From Heptranchias perlo (lineage: Eukaryota), in contig NC_090340.1 of assembly GCF_035084215.1 (NCBI RefSeq), positions 15,128,001 to 15,192,000 of the forward strand: a stretch of DNA of 64,000 nucleotides. The letters run 5' to 3'. This document shows positions 13,585-25,861 of this stretch, piece after piece. A program made the translations under genes and the position numbers. Under the pieces are notes generated by a model. The model did not search any database. It was not told the origin of the DNA and saw nothing but the letters and a program-made list of their open reading frames with translations. Numbering within the stretch: position 1 is the first letter of the stretch; each line of letters opens with the position of its first letter.

Positions 13585-13693
13585 AAGTGGAGTGGGACTT
13601 GCTGGATTGCTCTTGCATAGAGCCGGCGCGGACTCGATGAGCCGAATGGCCTCCTTTCGTGCTGTAACCTTTCTATGATTCTATGATTCTATG
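13585..13693 (+). mobile_element. Short 5'-truncated CR1 3' tail
   Basis: gccgaatggcctcc hairpin followed by (ttctatga)x3. Confidence 0.75.
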
Positions 13694-14846
13694 AAAACAG
13701 TGGGAGAACGGTGGTACTGAGACTGACTCCTTCCCGGCATTATGAAGATTGTAGATGCAGCCGAGATCCTTTTGCTTTCAGTGTGAAACACAAGTGCTGA
13801 TATAAAAATTGAGTCAGTAAAAAATATGGATATAATGAGCACCGCGAGGGATCCCTTGGGAAATGTATTTTTTAACATACTTACACCTCACACTGCAGTC
13901 ACAATCAGTGCGGTGTCGAACCGAAGCCCTGTGCGACTAACTGCTCCAGGTCGGGCAAAAAATTGGATTCAAGCTGAAACTTTAGCCCGGCAGCCGAGCC
14001 GAAACGACTTCACGGGGATGCTAAAGTTAGTAACAATGGTTTGCAGCCCACAACTTATAATCTATGTTGGAGCCGAATATTCAGTTAGAAAATCCCAGGA
14101 AAAACTAATACGTCTTTTCCAAGATTCACAGATTCCGGCTGATCTCTACCTTTTTATTGTAAAAGTTGCCAATAAGGAATTCCACGATAAAACAGAGGAA
14201 CCTCTCTTTGTTGGCGGAGGGGGTTCTTTTTAGTTAATAAGCTATTTTTTAGGAAAACATCTCCTTTCTGGTACATGGGTTACGCTGCCGATGGCCTGGT
14301 GTAATAATAAGTCATTCGGGCCGCACGACTCTTTATAATTCAGGTTAGTAAGAAAGAATGTGCGTCATGGGAACAGAGCTTCCTGAATACAAATACATTC
14401 TTGTACTATCTGATTAACTAAATGTCAAAAGCTTGTTAATCAGCCTATCTCATTAATGGACAGGGCGATACAGATATGCTTAACGTAGCAGGAAATTCAG
14501 CCCCGCATGTCAGCTAATGCAGTAAACTGAAGATGCATGTATATTTAGCTTGCAACTGCAGACCGTTAGATACGTGCAGATTTACATGTCCATTCATTAA
14601 CAGTCAAACAAGCCTGCAGCGTCTCCACTTTTGCAAAGAGAAGTCAGATTAAACTTACTTTAACAAATATCTAGTAACACGTACTCTTGGTATACATGCA
14701 CCCTGATAATTATCTGAGCAAGTGTTTTATCTATGATCGTTGGACTATTTTACCGTTTGAAGTTTTAACCGTAAATTATGAAGAGCTGTACCTGTTGATA
14801 TTGTGACCAGCTGCATCAGATTGCCTCTTTAGCCTTCGAGACACAT

Positions 14847-16480
14847 GGGGCTCGATTTTACCGTCGGGTTTCCTGTGGGTTTCCAGCGGGGGGGGCCCTA
14901 AAATCCCGCTATCCAGGCACGTGACCGGATCGCGCCACGATCCCGCCCACTTCCGGGTTCCCCGATGACGTGCGGGGGTGCGTGCGTGGCCCCCGCTGGT
15001 GGGAATCCCGCAGGCAATTAAAGCCAGCGGGATGCCACTTGAGGTTATTTATTTTGCTTGTTCAGGTCATTAACTGACCTGATTAAGGGACTGTGTGTGA
15101 TTTTGGGGAAACATGGGACTGTTTCACACACTGGGGGAAACAGTCCTAGTTGAACTGGACGTGTTGCAGCCGTCAGCCTGTGGCAGCTGCAAAGGTCCAT
15201 TTGACAGGTTGGGGGGGGGGGGCGGGGAGACCCTCACCCATTGCAGGAGGCCACTCCGGATGGTGAAAGTCACCAACCTGCACACTCACCCCGGTGTCCG
15301 GAGACATGTGCCTACCTTGCGGACTCCCTCAGATGTACATATTGCGGATGGGGGCCGCCGTAGCTGCAGTCATGACCCCCTCGGAGGGCGAACAGCATCA
15401 CCAGCCTCGCCATCCACGCCGTCCACCTCTGACACGTGGAGCTCCACAACAGAGTGCTGTGACACATCCACCTGTACAGCAGGAGGGAGGGCTACCGCAG
15501 AGAGAGACGCGTCGCGGAGTGCACTACCCTCGCCACAGGGTCCCCGGACCTCTCAGAGCAGCAGTGCACACGGAGGCGCAGATTCACTCGACATGTAGTT
15601 GTGGAGATCTGCAGCCTCTTTCATGCCGAGCTGCTCCTGGCTGGCCCCAGCACCATCTGCTTACCTGTCGCTGCCAAAGTTACCACTGCCCTCCACAACT
15701 TCTCCTCCGCATCCTTCCAGGGTGCAGCCGGGTACACCGCCGATGTCTCTCAGTCGTCTGCGCGGAAAAGCCCTGCAAATACACCTGCACCTACTCTGCA
15801 GTAACACAATGGGTGGCATCAGTGGTGGGTCCTCATAGTGATACCCAGGAGCGGGCATTATTGGACACAACAGACAGGATTCGCGGAGACATGGCAGTGG
15901 TGGTGCCAATATAATGTGTGATGTTTGTTGCTCTTAAATTCAATATAGGTAACATCCATGGCAACCCCTCAGACACCCTTGTGCATCCCCTTCATGCTCA
16001 CGACACGTTTGCCTTACGCTGCCTACTGCACATATGTGATGCATGCCCTGTGGCTGCAGCACAGGTGGTGGCAGGTTGAGTGAGGCTGGCCGTGAGGGAG
16101 ATGCACGAGAGGGTGAGTATGGGATAGAGCCATGAGATTGTATGAGGATTGGGTTGCGTGTTAGTGGCGGGGTGAGTACTGGAGAGGTGAGTAGTTGCAG
16201 GTAAGATGAGGATGGGGTTTGAGTGGGTATGAGGGGTGATGTGACAGAGTAGTGTTGGCGGTGCCGAAGGAGATGTGGGGTGGGAGCAGTGTTTTGGCAG
16301 ACGGAGTGTAGGGGAAAGACTACGTGTTCTCACAGTGGCTGACCTACTGCGGTCATTGGAGCACCTCCTGCACTGTATGCAGGTGGGCGATATGTTGGTG
16401 GCGCAGGTGACCGCCTCTGCCACCTCGAGCCAGGACTTCTTGGTGGCAGAGGCAGGCCGCTTCCTCCCGCCCGCCGGATT
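14847..16480. mobile_element. PIF/Harbinger DNA transposon remnant (HARBI1-like transposase N-terminus on plus, Myb/SANT-like gene on minus)
   Basis: Begins GGGGCTCGATTTT. Plus strand reads EQQCTRRRRFTRHVVVEICSLFHAELL...PVAAKVTTALHNFSSASFQ. Minus strand reads KKSWLEVAEAVT...CIQCRRCSND. No second TIR was found. Confidence 0.75.
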
Positions 16481-17699
16481 TTTTAAGTGCAATGTGATCA
16501 TTTTGTGTTGAACTGAGAACTTTTCAAATGTATTTCAGTCCAGGATAACTCTTTTGTAGGTTTACTCTTTATGTAAGTTTGCATCCTTCTCCAGCTGACT
16601 TACATCAGACTGGGACATCGATACCTGTCAGCATGAAGTACTTCCAAGTCAAGGTTGGTGCAGAATTCGTACCGAAATCCGTTGTCCAGGCACGAAGTGT
16701 ACTCAGTCTGTCCTGGTCCAGGAGTAGCGTACTGCGTGTCTGGGGACACTCCCAGTGTCGGCTCGCCCCGTAACAGGTTCTAGTGCCGGGTTAGAAAAAG
16801 AGGAGATTTGAGCGAAGCCCCTGGCCGCAGACCTCTGAGAGCAGCAGCCAGCAGATTCCAGAGCACGAAGAGTGGCTTGGTAACTTGGAAAAAGTATCCA
16901 ACTTACCTTTTAGGGTTCTGGTTTGGTTTGATTCAAGATATTTTCAGGCTGCCAAGTCTGAGGAGAGGAGAGGATTCCGGCGCAAGCCGAACGCCATCTT
17001 GATGCGGCACCCTTGGTACCGAGAATTCTTCGGATAGGAAAAGGTGGACGATCAGGAGCTCCCTCTCCGCTGAAGGACGCTGCGTTTCCTGCAGCCCGCA
17101 GATCCTAGGGCAACGTAACGGGATTTAGTCCGTGCGTTGTTGGTCTCTATCCCCATTTTCCGGACATTTGCGCCCATGGACTAGTCATTTTCCAAGGGCA
17201 AAGATCTGGAAGATCGACCTTAAACGAAAATCATACCTTTGGGACGCGCTGCAGATGTTATACCTTTCTCCTGAGATTGGCTGCTTAGATTCAATTCGGC
17301 AGGGTCCTGCACCAGCAACAATTTTCTGCCCTCTTCCCGCCAACCCCAACCCACCCAAGGTGAGCTCCTCACTGCAAGTGGAAACCCAGCTTGGGGGTCT
17401 CCAAGGAAATTTTACAAGGTTGCTCACGGAAATATTGCTGGGGTCAACGGTCCACTAGTGAGTGTCCACAAAGGCCGCTGCACCAAATTAACAGATTTAC
17501 GTGTTTCTTATGCATCATGTAAATCCTGCTTGAGGAACACAGAATGATTAGATTCATACTCCACGCTTGGGGCACCCAGAGTGGTGTGAGGTGGCGTCAT
17601 GGAGCAGGGTGTGGCATTTCTAAATTTGTGCTTTAAATTGAAACGTTTGTGTTGCTATGCAAACAAAACCAGTTCATATCGACGGAAATTGGCAATATT

Positions 17700-17815
17700 T
17701 CCGACATTACAACTGCAACTACACTTCAAAAGTACTTTATTGTCTGTAAAGCGCTGTGGGCCGTCCTGATGCCCTCAAAATGGCTAAATAAATGTACGTT
17801 CTTCCTTCTACGTTC
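17700..17815 (+). mobile_element. SINE 3' tail (shark Deu-domain/SacSINE1-like, L2-type tail)
   Basis: acacttcaaaagtactttattgtctgtaaagcgctgtggg...taaataaatgtacgttcttcc, the same family as 39060-39505. Confidence 0.55.
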
Positions 17816-17869
17816 AGCGTTTGGAAATAAATTTAAGTTCCCAGGGCCTCACTAATATTTATATCACTC

Positions 17870-18304
17870 GGATGATAGCTGGGATGGAAGGTTTTAGTTT
17901 TGAGGAGCGACTGGAGAAACTTTTTTTCCGCTAAAACCAAAGAATGTCAGAAGAAGATCTGATAGAAATGTTCAAATTATGAATGATCTTCAGAAAGTAA
18001 ATAACGCATATCTGTTTCCTGTGACCCGTGATTCGGCAACTGGAGGACATAAATTTAAGATTATCACCAAAAGGACATTGGTATGAGAATTGTTATTTTG
18101 CCAGAGAGTTGGGACATGAAATCCCTACCAGAACCCGCTGGTGGAATCAGAATCCATAAAAACATTTAAAAGAGGAGCGGATAAATATTTCAAAAAGAAA
18201 TAAAAAACAAAAGGTTATGGGGAAAGGACATGGGACTAAGACTAAGTGGATACCTCTTTCGGACAGGCGGCACAGGCAAGAGTATGTAAAATTCTATGAT
18301 TCTA
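17870..18304 (+). mobile_element. Degraded CR1 3' fragment
   Basis: GMEGFSFEERLEK-like remnant. Ends attctatgattcta. Confidence 0.7.
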
Positions 18305-18639
18305 ACACGATATCACACACATGACTTTTGAAACAGTGGATGTAATAAGCAATAAATACTGTATATTGTAGACACTGTCTTCTGGATAATTGAACTATTT
18401 TAACAACCATTATGGATTTGGGATGATCTATAGCTTTACTTCCAAAGTACTTATTATAGGGGAATGGGTGTTTTTTTTAAATAAAACGGGTGTTGCCTGA
18501 GGTAACTTGCTAACTCAATAATATAAATATAATAGTCTAAGGACTATTCAAGTAACATGAGGACCGTACTCTATTTCATGAAGCATTATGTCGATTTATG
18601 AAGTTAACAAGATAACGTTACAACACATTGCTTTTATGG

Positions 18640-18825
18640 AACATGCAAACAGCAGTTGATAACCCGATGACTTACACTGCCGTCGTTCTGCCTGGTTCTA
18701 AGAAAAATGGAAAACCTAGAAGGAAGGAAAAGAGCACAGAGTACTCCGAGATGAAGACGATACACTAGAGGAGAGAAGCACCGATCGTCTACACAGAACC
18801 AAGATTCGAATTATACCAATTATAG
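18640..18825 (+). pseudogene. Orphan terminal ITIM/ITSM exon of another receptor paralog
   Basis: NMQTAVDNPMTYTAV...KSTEYSEMKTIH*RREAPIVYTEPRF aligns to the gene A terminal exon. The acceptor is mutated (ttttatgg instead of tttacag), there is an in-frame TAG at 18766-18768, and a 3'UTR-like match lies near 18960-19005. Confidence 0.8.
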
Positions 18826-19779
18826 ATGTAGTCGCCATTTTACTTCTCTACGTTGGCCGTATCTATCTACGTGAAATACAATGCCCTCTGCATTCGACAT
18901 CGTCAGTCCCTATTATCACCCAGAATAATTCCAGCCCAATATTACATCTACAGCTTAACTAGAATAGTACTTGTTATCAACAAATATTATTTTGTAAATT
19001 GAATAAGTGCTGATTTCGTTCATTAGATGTTGTGGACGGTTAATATTATTATACTTTCATGACTGCCAATCCAACGGGTATAATTGTTCTCACACTGTAT
19101 AAAAGTAATCACAAGAAAGCAACAGCTTCCTTATTTTAGAGATTCTTATTCAAAGTTAATGTTTATTTCTTCCCAGTGACATTTTATTTCAAGTCTGCTA
19201 TAAATTGATTACCTTGTTTTTATAAAATGTTCTGTAATCTGCCACAAATACAGTCAAGAAGGAAGATAAAATATATTTAGGGGCTCCTCAAAGTGGAAGA
19301 TTTCTTTACGGAACATATGGGGCGTCCACTTCAGGCATTCCTCACTCCCAGGTTGAGTGTAATGTAGCCAGATGTAGAACAAAGCTGGTTTTACCCTGTT
19401 TCTGCCTCTTAGCCCAAACGTCAGATGAGCACTACGAACAGGTAGAGATATTTCCATTTCCCTCCTACACCTCCCTTCGCCCACCTCCTGCGGGGCTACT
19501 GAATGGAAAATTCATCTCTAATTGCAGGCATCTTTTTTTCTGTTTTAGGCTCCTGGCCAATAGAAATTGATCTACGGCCATCCCACGCGCGTTTCATGTA
19601 GGAAGCTCCGGGAGGAAGAGAATAGAAAGGGAGACTTCGATCCTTCACCCTGGCATGCATTCACCCAGAGCTGAAATTATACTGTATCAACCCACCACAA
19701 CAGCTAGTTCTTCATTCTTGCTATCATTGTATGTTGTCCTGCGACTGATCTCACTAAAGACAAAGGTTATGCTGATCGC

Positions 19780-20510
19780 CTCCTACCAGAATTTCGGTGC
19801 TTTACCGGCTAATCCAATCCGCATCCAGATTCCACCTGACAATGCATTACATAGCAAGCTCAACCCTGAACTGAGCTTCGAGTCCGACATCCAGTCGGTG
19901 ACCAAACCACCTACTTGGAGTTCCATAATATCACCTGTCCCAATCACTAGCTCACCCACGACCTCTAAAATCCTTACCCGTGTCTTTGCCACTTCCAGAC
20001 TGGACTTTTCCAAGGCCTTTCCGGGCAGTCTTCTAAGTTTCACCCCAGCCGCATACACTGGATCCAGAACTCCGTGCCACATTCTTTTCTTGAAAATTGC
20101 CATTCACTAATACCCCTATCAGTGATGACCCGCATTGCCTCCCTTTGCCTCTGTGGATGGACTTCAAGATCCTCATCCTTATCCACAAATATCCGCATAG
20201 TCTAACTGCACGACATCTCTCCTACAACCTTGGTCTCAACTATTGCTTTCCAATTCCGCTCCACCACATATCCCATCCTCCCATATGCAGCAGAGTCGCC
20301 AGTCATCTGGACTTCAGCACAATGGAGTTATCTTGCTAAACATTCCACCATCCTAAATCTCATTCACTTTCAAAGCAATCTCCGGGACGGTGCCGCCGAC
20401 CACCTCCTCGAACGGTCTTCCTGCATCAGCTTGGATCTGACGCACAACTGTGAACCCCTTTTGAACATCGTTCTACAATAAATGCGCAACATAAATGTAA
20501 ATTATTGTTT
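19780..20510 (+). mobile_element. Degraded L2 LINE 3' fragment
   Basis: ILTRVFATSRLDFSK (compare LIHAFVTSRLDYCN) and HCLPLPLWMDFKILILIHK, with an L2-like tail. Confidence 0.7.
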
Positions 20511-20589
20511 GTAAATAGGCATTAGATATAATTAATCAAGGTAGAGATGAAGTAGATATTTATATACAAAGAAAGCAGCTCTCCATATT

Positions 20590-22890
20590 ACATAGAATCA
20601 CATAGAATGTACAGCATAGCTATTCGGCCCAACAAGTCCATGCCGGTGTTTATGCTCAACATGAGCCTTCTCCCTCCCTCTTCACTTCATCTAACCCTGT
20701 CAGCATTGCCTTCTATTCCTTTCTCCCACACGTGTATATCTAGTTTCCCCTTAAATGCAACTATGCCAGTCACCTTAACTACTCCTTCTGGTAGCGAGTT
20801 CCACATTCTAAACACACTCTGGGTAAAGAGGTTTCCCCTGAATTCCCTTTGGATTTATTAGTGACTATCTTATACTTACTTCTGATCTCCTGCACAAGCG
20901 AAAACATCTTCTCTATGTCTACCCTATCAAACCATTTTATAATTTTAAAGACCTCTATCAGATCACCACTCATTCTTCTTTTGTCTAGAAAAGAGAGCCC
21001 AGACTGTTCAATTTTTTCTGATAGGTATAACTTCTTCATTGTGGTGTCATTCTGGTAAATCTTCTTGCACCTTCTCCAGTTCCGCTATATCCTTTTTTAT
21101 AATATGGAGATGGGAACTGTTCACAGTGCTCCAATTGTGGTCTAAACAAGGTTATATACAATTTAACCTCTGCTTTTCAATTCTATCCATCTCGAAATTA
21201 CCCCAAATGCTAGGTTTGCTTATTTCATGGCCTTATTAATCTGTGTCGCTATTTTTTGTGTATTTGTACCCCCAAATCCCTCTGCTCTTCCAACAAATTT
21301 AGACTAATTTTCCAAGGAGTATGTGGTCTCCTTATTCTTCCTACCAAAATGTAATACCTCACATTTATCTATATTGAAATTCATTGTCAATCACACATCC
21401 ATTCCGCAAGTTTATTAATGTCTCCCTGCATGTTGTCGCAGTCCTCCTCAGTGTTAACTATACCCCCCAAAATTTGGTGTCATCTGCAAATTTTGAAGTT
21501 ATACTGCCAACTTTTGAGCCAATTCATTTATGTAAATGTTGAACAACAGTAATCCCAGCACTGATCCTTATCGAACACCAAGTCCCACCTTTTGACAGTC
21601 CAAGTAACTCCCTTTAAACCCTACTCTCTTTTCTGCTTTGTAGCCAGTTTGCTATCCATTCGGCTACTTGTTCCCTGACTCTACATGCTCTGACCATAGT
21701 CATGAAACTCCGATGCGGTACCTTACCCAAGGCCTTTTGAAAGCCAAATATATTACATCTACTACATTACCCTGGATAATCCTTTGCATTACTTCTTCAA
21801 AGAATTCAATAAGTTTGGTCAAGCATGACCTTCACTTTTGAAATCCGTGCTGACTATTCATTATTATATTTTCAGTTTCTGGATGTATTTCTATTACATC
21901 TTTGAGTAATAGTAAGGATTCCATTATCTTTCCTACCACCAACGTTAAGCTAATTGGTCTATAGTTCGCTGAACTAGTTCTATCTCCCTTTTTAAATACA
22001 GGAATCACATTAGCTGCTGCCAGTTCTCTGGCACTGCCTTCTTTCCTAATGAATTTTTATATACATGTAATAACGCCTCTGCTATCTCTTCCCTAACTTC
22101 TTTTAGTATGCATGGGTGCAATCCATCCCAACCAGGGGTTTTGTCCTCTCTAAGTTTGATTAGCTCATAAATTAGTTCCCCCTTTCCATCTTAAATCTCT
22201 TTACATCTTTTTTTCCCCCTTCTTCGAATGCCATGCCCACCACATTAGTCTCACGTGTAAATTGCAAAGCAATTCTTTAATATTTCTGCTATTTTGCTCT
22301 CATTACCTGTGAGTTTATCCTGTGTATACCTTAGTGGCCTTAACCCTATCCTGATTTTTTTAAATTATATATGTGTTTGTAGAATACTTTACTATTTATT
22401 TTTATATTCCTTGAGAATTTAAATTTGTAGATGCTCCTAGCCTTCCTCATTGTTTTATGACTTCTTTCCTCACCTTTTCATCTTCAATTTTGTCAACCTC
22501 TCCTTTGTTGTCTACGTACTTTAATGTATGCCTTTTTCTTTAGTTTCAATTTTGCCCTTATCGTTTTATTCATCCATGTTGCATCATTACTGGCTAGTTT
22601 GTTCATGGTTTTAAGTGGGATATATTTCTCCTGAACTCAATTGATCGCCATTTTATATGTTTCCCACTGGTGTTCTATTGCCTTGTTTATCAGTAAATTT
22701 TCCAGTTTATTTTCCACAGTGCCATTTTCATCCCAGCAAAATCAACTTTTTTCAAATCGATTACTTTGGTCCTTGTCTTACTTATGTCCCTTTCAATCGT
22801 TAGCTTATAACGAATGATGTTGCGATCGGTGTTGCCTAGATGTTCACCGATGCGTACTTCTCTTGTCTTTTCTGGTTCATTTCCCATTAC
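20590..22890 (-). mobile_element. CR1 LINE (AT-rich subfamily), ORF2 3' part; interrupted at 22890
   Basis: GDLIEVFKII, RT remnants and MGNEPE..VRIGEHLGNTDRNII. Tail catagaatcacatagaa near 20590. Confidence 0.85.
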
Positions 22891-22947
22891 GAAGTGTTGA
22901 GTTGCCTACTCCTGTTCCTATGCTTCACTGAATGCATAAAAGAGAAT

Positions 22948-24621
22948 GGGAGTTAAATTCGGCCATGTAGCGCCAGTTGTTTCGGCGCTGCACTGCGGCT
23001 CGGACATCCAAGATAGCGTCTTGGATGCGCACGCACGTTTCCTGCGTGACGTGCGCCAGACGGCCTCTTGCAAGAGGAGTTAGCGCAGGCGCAGATAACG
23101 CACGCTGGAATCATGTAAAATGGGGAGAAAATGGCTTCAATCAATGGACAATTCTGATTTAAAGTGGTACGCACCATTTTGGGTCCTAACGCTCAACTGA
23201 ATAACCCCAACCATCTGAACGTGTCTTAGAGTGACTGGAGGAACCCCCACCTGCGTTATTTAAAGGGACCATGCAGGATTTACAGGTTAGTGGCTGGATT
23301 ATTGCTTCTGGCTGCCGAGACATTTGCAACTGTTTTTGGTGATCTCCCATACATGAATATTAGGACTTGGGGACATAGCCCTGCACTAAGAGCCAGGGCG
23401 TGCAGGAGTGAATTTAAGAAATGCTTCTACATGCAAAGGTTGGGAGAAGTTTGGGAAGCTCTTCTGCAAAAGGCAGTTGATGCTAACTCAAATGTGAATT
23501 CTAAATCTGAGATTGATAGATTTCTGTGAACCTAGGGTATTAAGGGATATGGGACTAAGGCGGATATATGGAGTTAGGTCACAGGTCCACCATGAGCTCA
23601 TTGAATGGCGGAGCAGGCTCGAGGGGCTGAATGCCACTGCCACTTGCTGCTACTGATATGCACTAACTTCTCCTGCAAGAAAGTGGGAAGTGTGGCTGGG
23701 CAATGTGCCTGTCATATATGAATTGGTGCTTGTGTGTGTGGCCAGTGAGCTGTGGGTTGGCGGCTTGCAACAGTGGTAATGTGTCAGGGTGAGAGGAAGC
23801 ATCTGATTGGAAGAGTTGTGTACTGATGGAAAGAGCTTGTTGGTAGGTGGATGTTGGGGAGTTTAGTGCGTGCAAGAGCGGATGCGGCTAGTGGTGCAGT
23901 TGGTAGGAAATGCCACTTGACCGTTGACCTCACTCACATTGACCAGACATGTCAAAGCATTGAACTTCTTCCTGTACTGCATAGATGTTCATGGCATTGT
24001 GTGCCTGGCATTGACTTCATCCCCTACTGCCTCCCACTGTATTTTGGGTGTATGTCTGGAGGGCCTCTTGCTCCCCAACCCACCCCACCCCGGCCCCCCG
24101 TGGATAAAGGATGTCCCTCCTTCTGTCCACCTCTTGCACCAAGGCCTCTGGTCCATCAGCAGAGAACCTTGATGCGTGGACTCTCAGGTCGGCAGATTGG
24201 TGAGGTCTGGCATGCAGATTGGAGGATGTGGGAATTAGTGGTGCACAATCTTTATTCAAATATAACTCATCAGTATGTAAGCATAGGGATGGGGTCTGCA
24301 TCTGTGCTTTATGTGTGCGATGTCTGATCTCCATTCAGACTCCGTGCAGACAGCAGGTCTGTACATTCAGCAAATAACAGGTGCTACCTTCATGAGATTT
24401 CTAACTGACAGCCTGCCTTTAAGAGATTGGAGCTCCCCCTGCAGGTGGAAAGTGCGAATTGCATGGAATTCTTGTTCAACGCTGATTTCCAACGCAGATT
24501 GCAGGTGAGTCCTCAGGCCTGGAGAAAATCTCGTCCTGCCTTCACAGGGGCCATTGGGCGCCGGGTAACAGCGGATCGTGCTACTCCCGCCCAAAAACAG
24601 ACACTATCCAATTATCCCCCC
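22948..24621. mobile_element. Non-autonomous PIF/Harbinger-like element with a Myb/SANT-like remnant, inserted in a CR1
   Basis: Imperfect termini GGGAGTTAAATT ... AATTATCCCCCC. Minus strand 23930-24185 reads RFSADGPEALVQEVDRRRDILYP..QWEAVGDEVNAR..QYRKKFNAL and is followed by a gtgagt donor. Contains a nested CR1 3' fragment at ~23360-23635 (+). Confidence 0.65.
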
Positions 24622-25100
24622 AAGCTCTCTTGTTGGGCTTTTTACATACTGGGTAAGAAAGGAGTCCGGCACACATTGTAAAAACTCAATTCCCTGTACC
24701 GCTTTACCTACCCCTTCTTGCCAGTTTATTTGTGGATAGTTTAAATCTCTCATGATTATTATTCTATGTCCTTTACTCATTTCACATATTTGCTTACATA
24801 TTTCTTCTGCCACCTCCTTTCCATTATTAAGTGATCTGTAGTATACCCCTATTAGCATGACCGATCCCTTCTTACATTTTGTTTCAATCCATATGGATTC
24901 TGTTTCAATCCTTCTGTTAGTTATGTGCCATTTTCTACTGCTATTATGTTATCTGTAATTATTGCAGCTGTTCCACCCCCTTCTTCCTTCCCTAACCTTT
25001 CTTATTATGTTATAACCTGCAATAGATAGTTGCCAGTCCTGCTCTTGATGTAGCCATGTTTCAATTATTCCTACTGCATCTGGTTCCTCGCCACTGATGT
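24622..25100 (-). mobile_element. CR1 LINE, APE part of the element at 20590-22890
   Basis: LIGVYYRSLNNGKEV...DLNYPQINW...QYVKSPTRE. Confidence 0.85.
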
Positions 25101-25269
25101 AACCTTTTGTACATGAAATTCCCATGAGATAATATTATTGACTAAAATGAAAGCCAAAGCAACTGTTGCGTAGGTAAAGAAAGTAAATGCAGCCATTCCT
25201 TATACTAGATCAGCTTACGTGAAATAGTTAAATCAGGAACATTTAAAATGTTCTTGTGTTACATGAATG

Positions 25270-25500
25270 CTTTTTCACGCAAAAAGTAATGAATCTTTGG
25301 AACTTTCTCTCTCAAAAGGCTGTGGATGCTGGGTCAATTGAAATGTTCAAGATTTGGATCGCTAAATATTTGTTGGAAAAAGGCTTTCAAGGAATTTGGA
25401 GCAACAGTAGGTAAATGCTGTTCAGCCACATTTCAAGCATGATCTCACTGAACGGCGGAACAGGCTCGAAGTGTTGAGTGGCCTACTCTTGTTCTTATGC
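25270..25500 (+). mobile_element. CR1 3' end fragment
   Basis: aatctttggaac..ctctctcaaaaggctgtggatgctgggtcaattgaa ... ggcctactcttgttcttatg. Confidence 0.7.
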
Positions 25501-25861
25501 TTCGTTGAATATGTAAAAGAAACTGTATGCCATTTCCAAATAGCTCAGGAATGCACCTTGTGATGTGATACTATGCCATACATCAATTATTTGCATTTAT
25601 ATGGCGCCTTTAACTTAGAAAAAGGTCGCAAGGCTCTTCACAGAGATGTAATGAGACAAAAATCTACAGATCAGGAAGATCTCGGTTTGAATCTCTAGTC
25701 TGTGCTAGAGTACCTAATTTCACTCAGTCAATAGTGGAACACTACAAATGGCCTTAGTCTCCTCTGCGCCAAGAAGAAGGAGAATCAGCTTCCATTCTTG
25801 GCCATTCTCCACTGACTTCCAACCGTAGGTCTCACGTGAGGATAAAATTTGAAAAATTAAT

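Noticed and set aside
13826-14233. 135-aa ORF in non-repeat sequence
   Set aside because: It has no recognisable domain, no convincing exon structure and no similarity to the receptor exons.
15113-15914. 161-aa and 206-aa GC-rich ORFs as host genes
   Set aside because: They are frameshifted pieces of the Harbinger transposase region.
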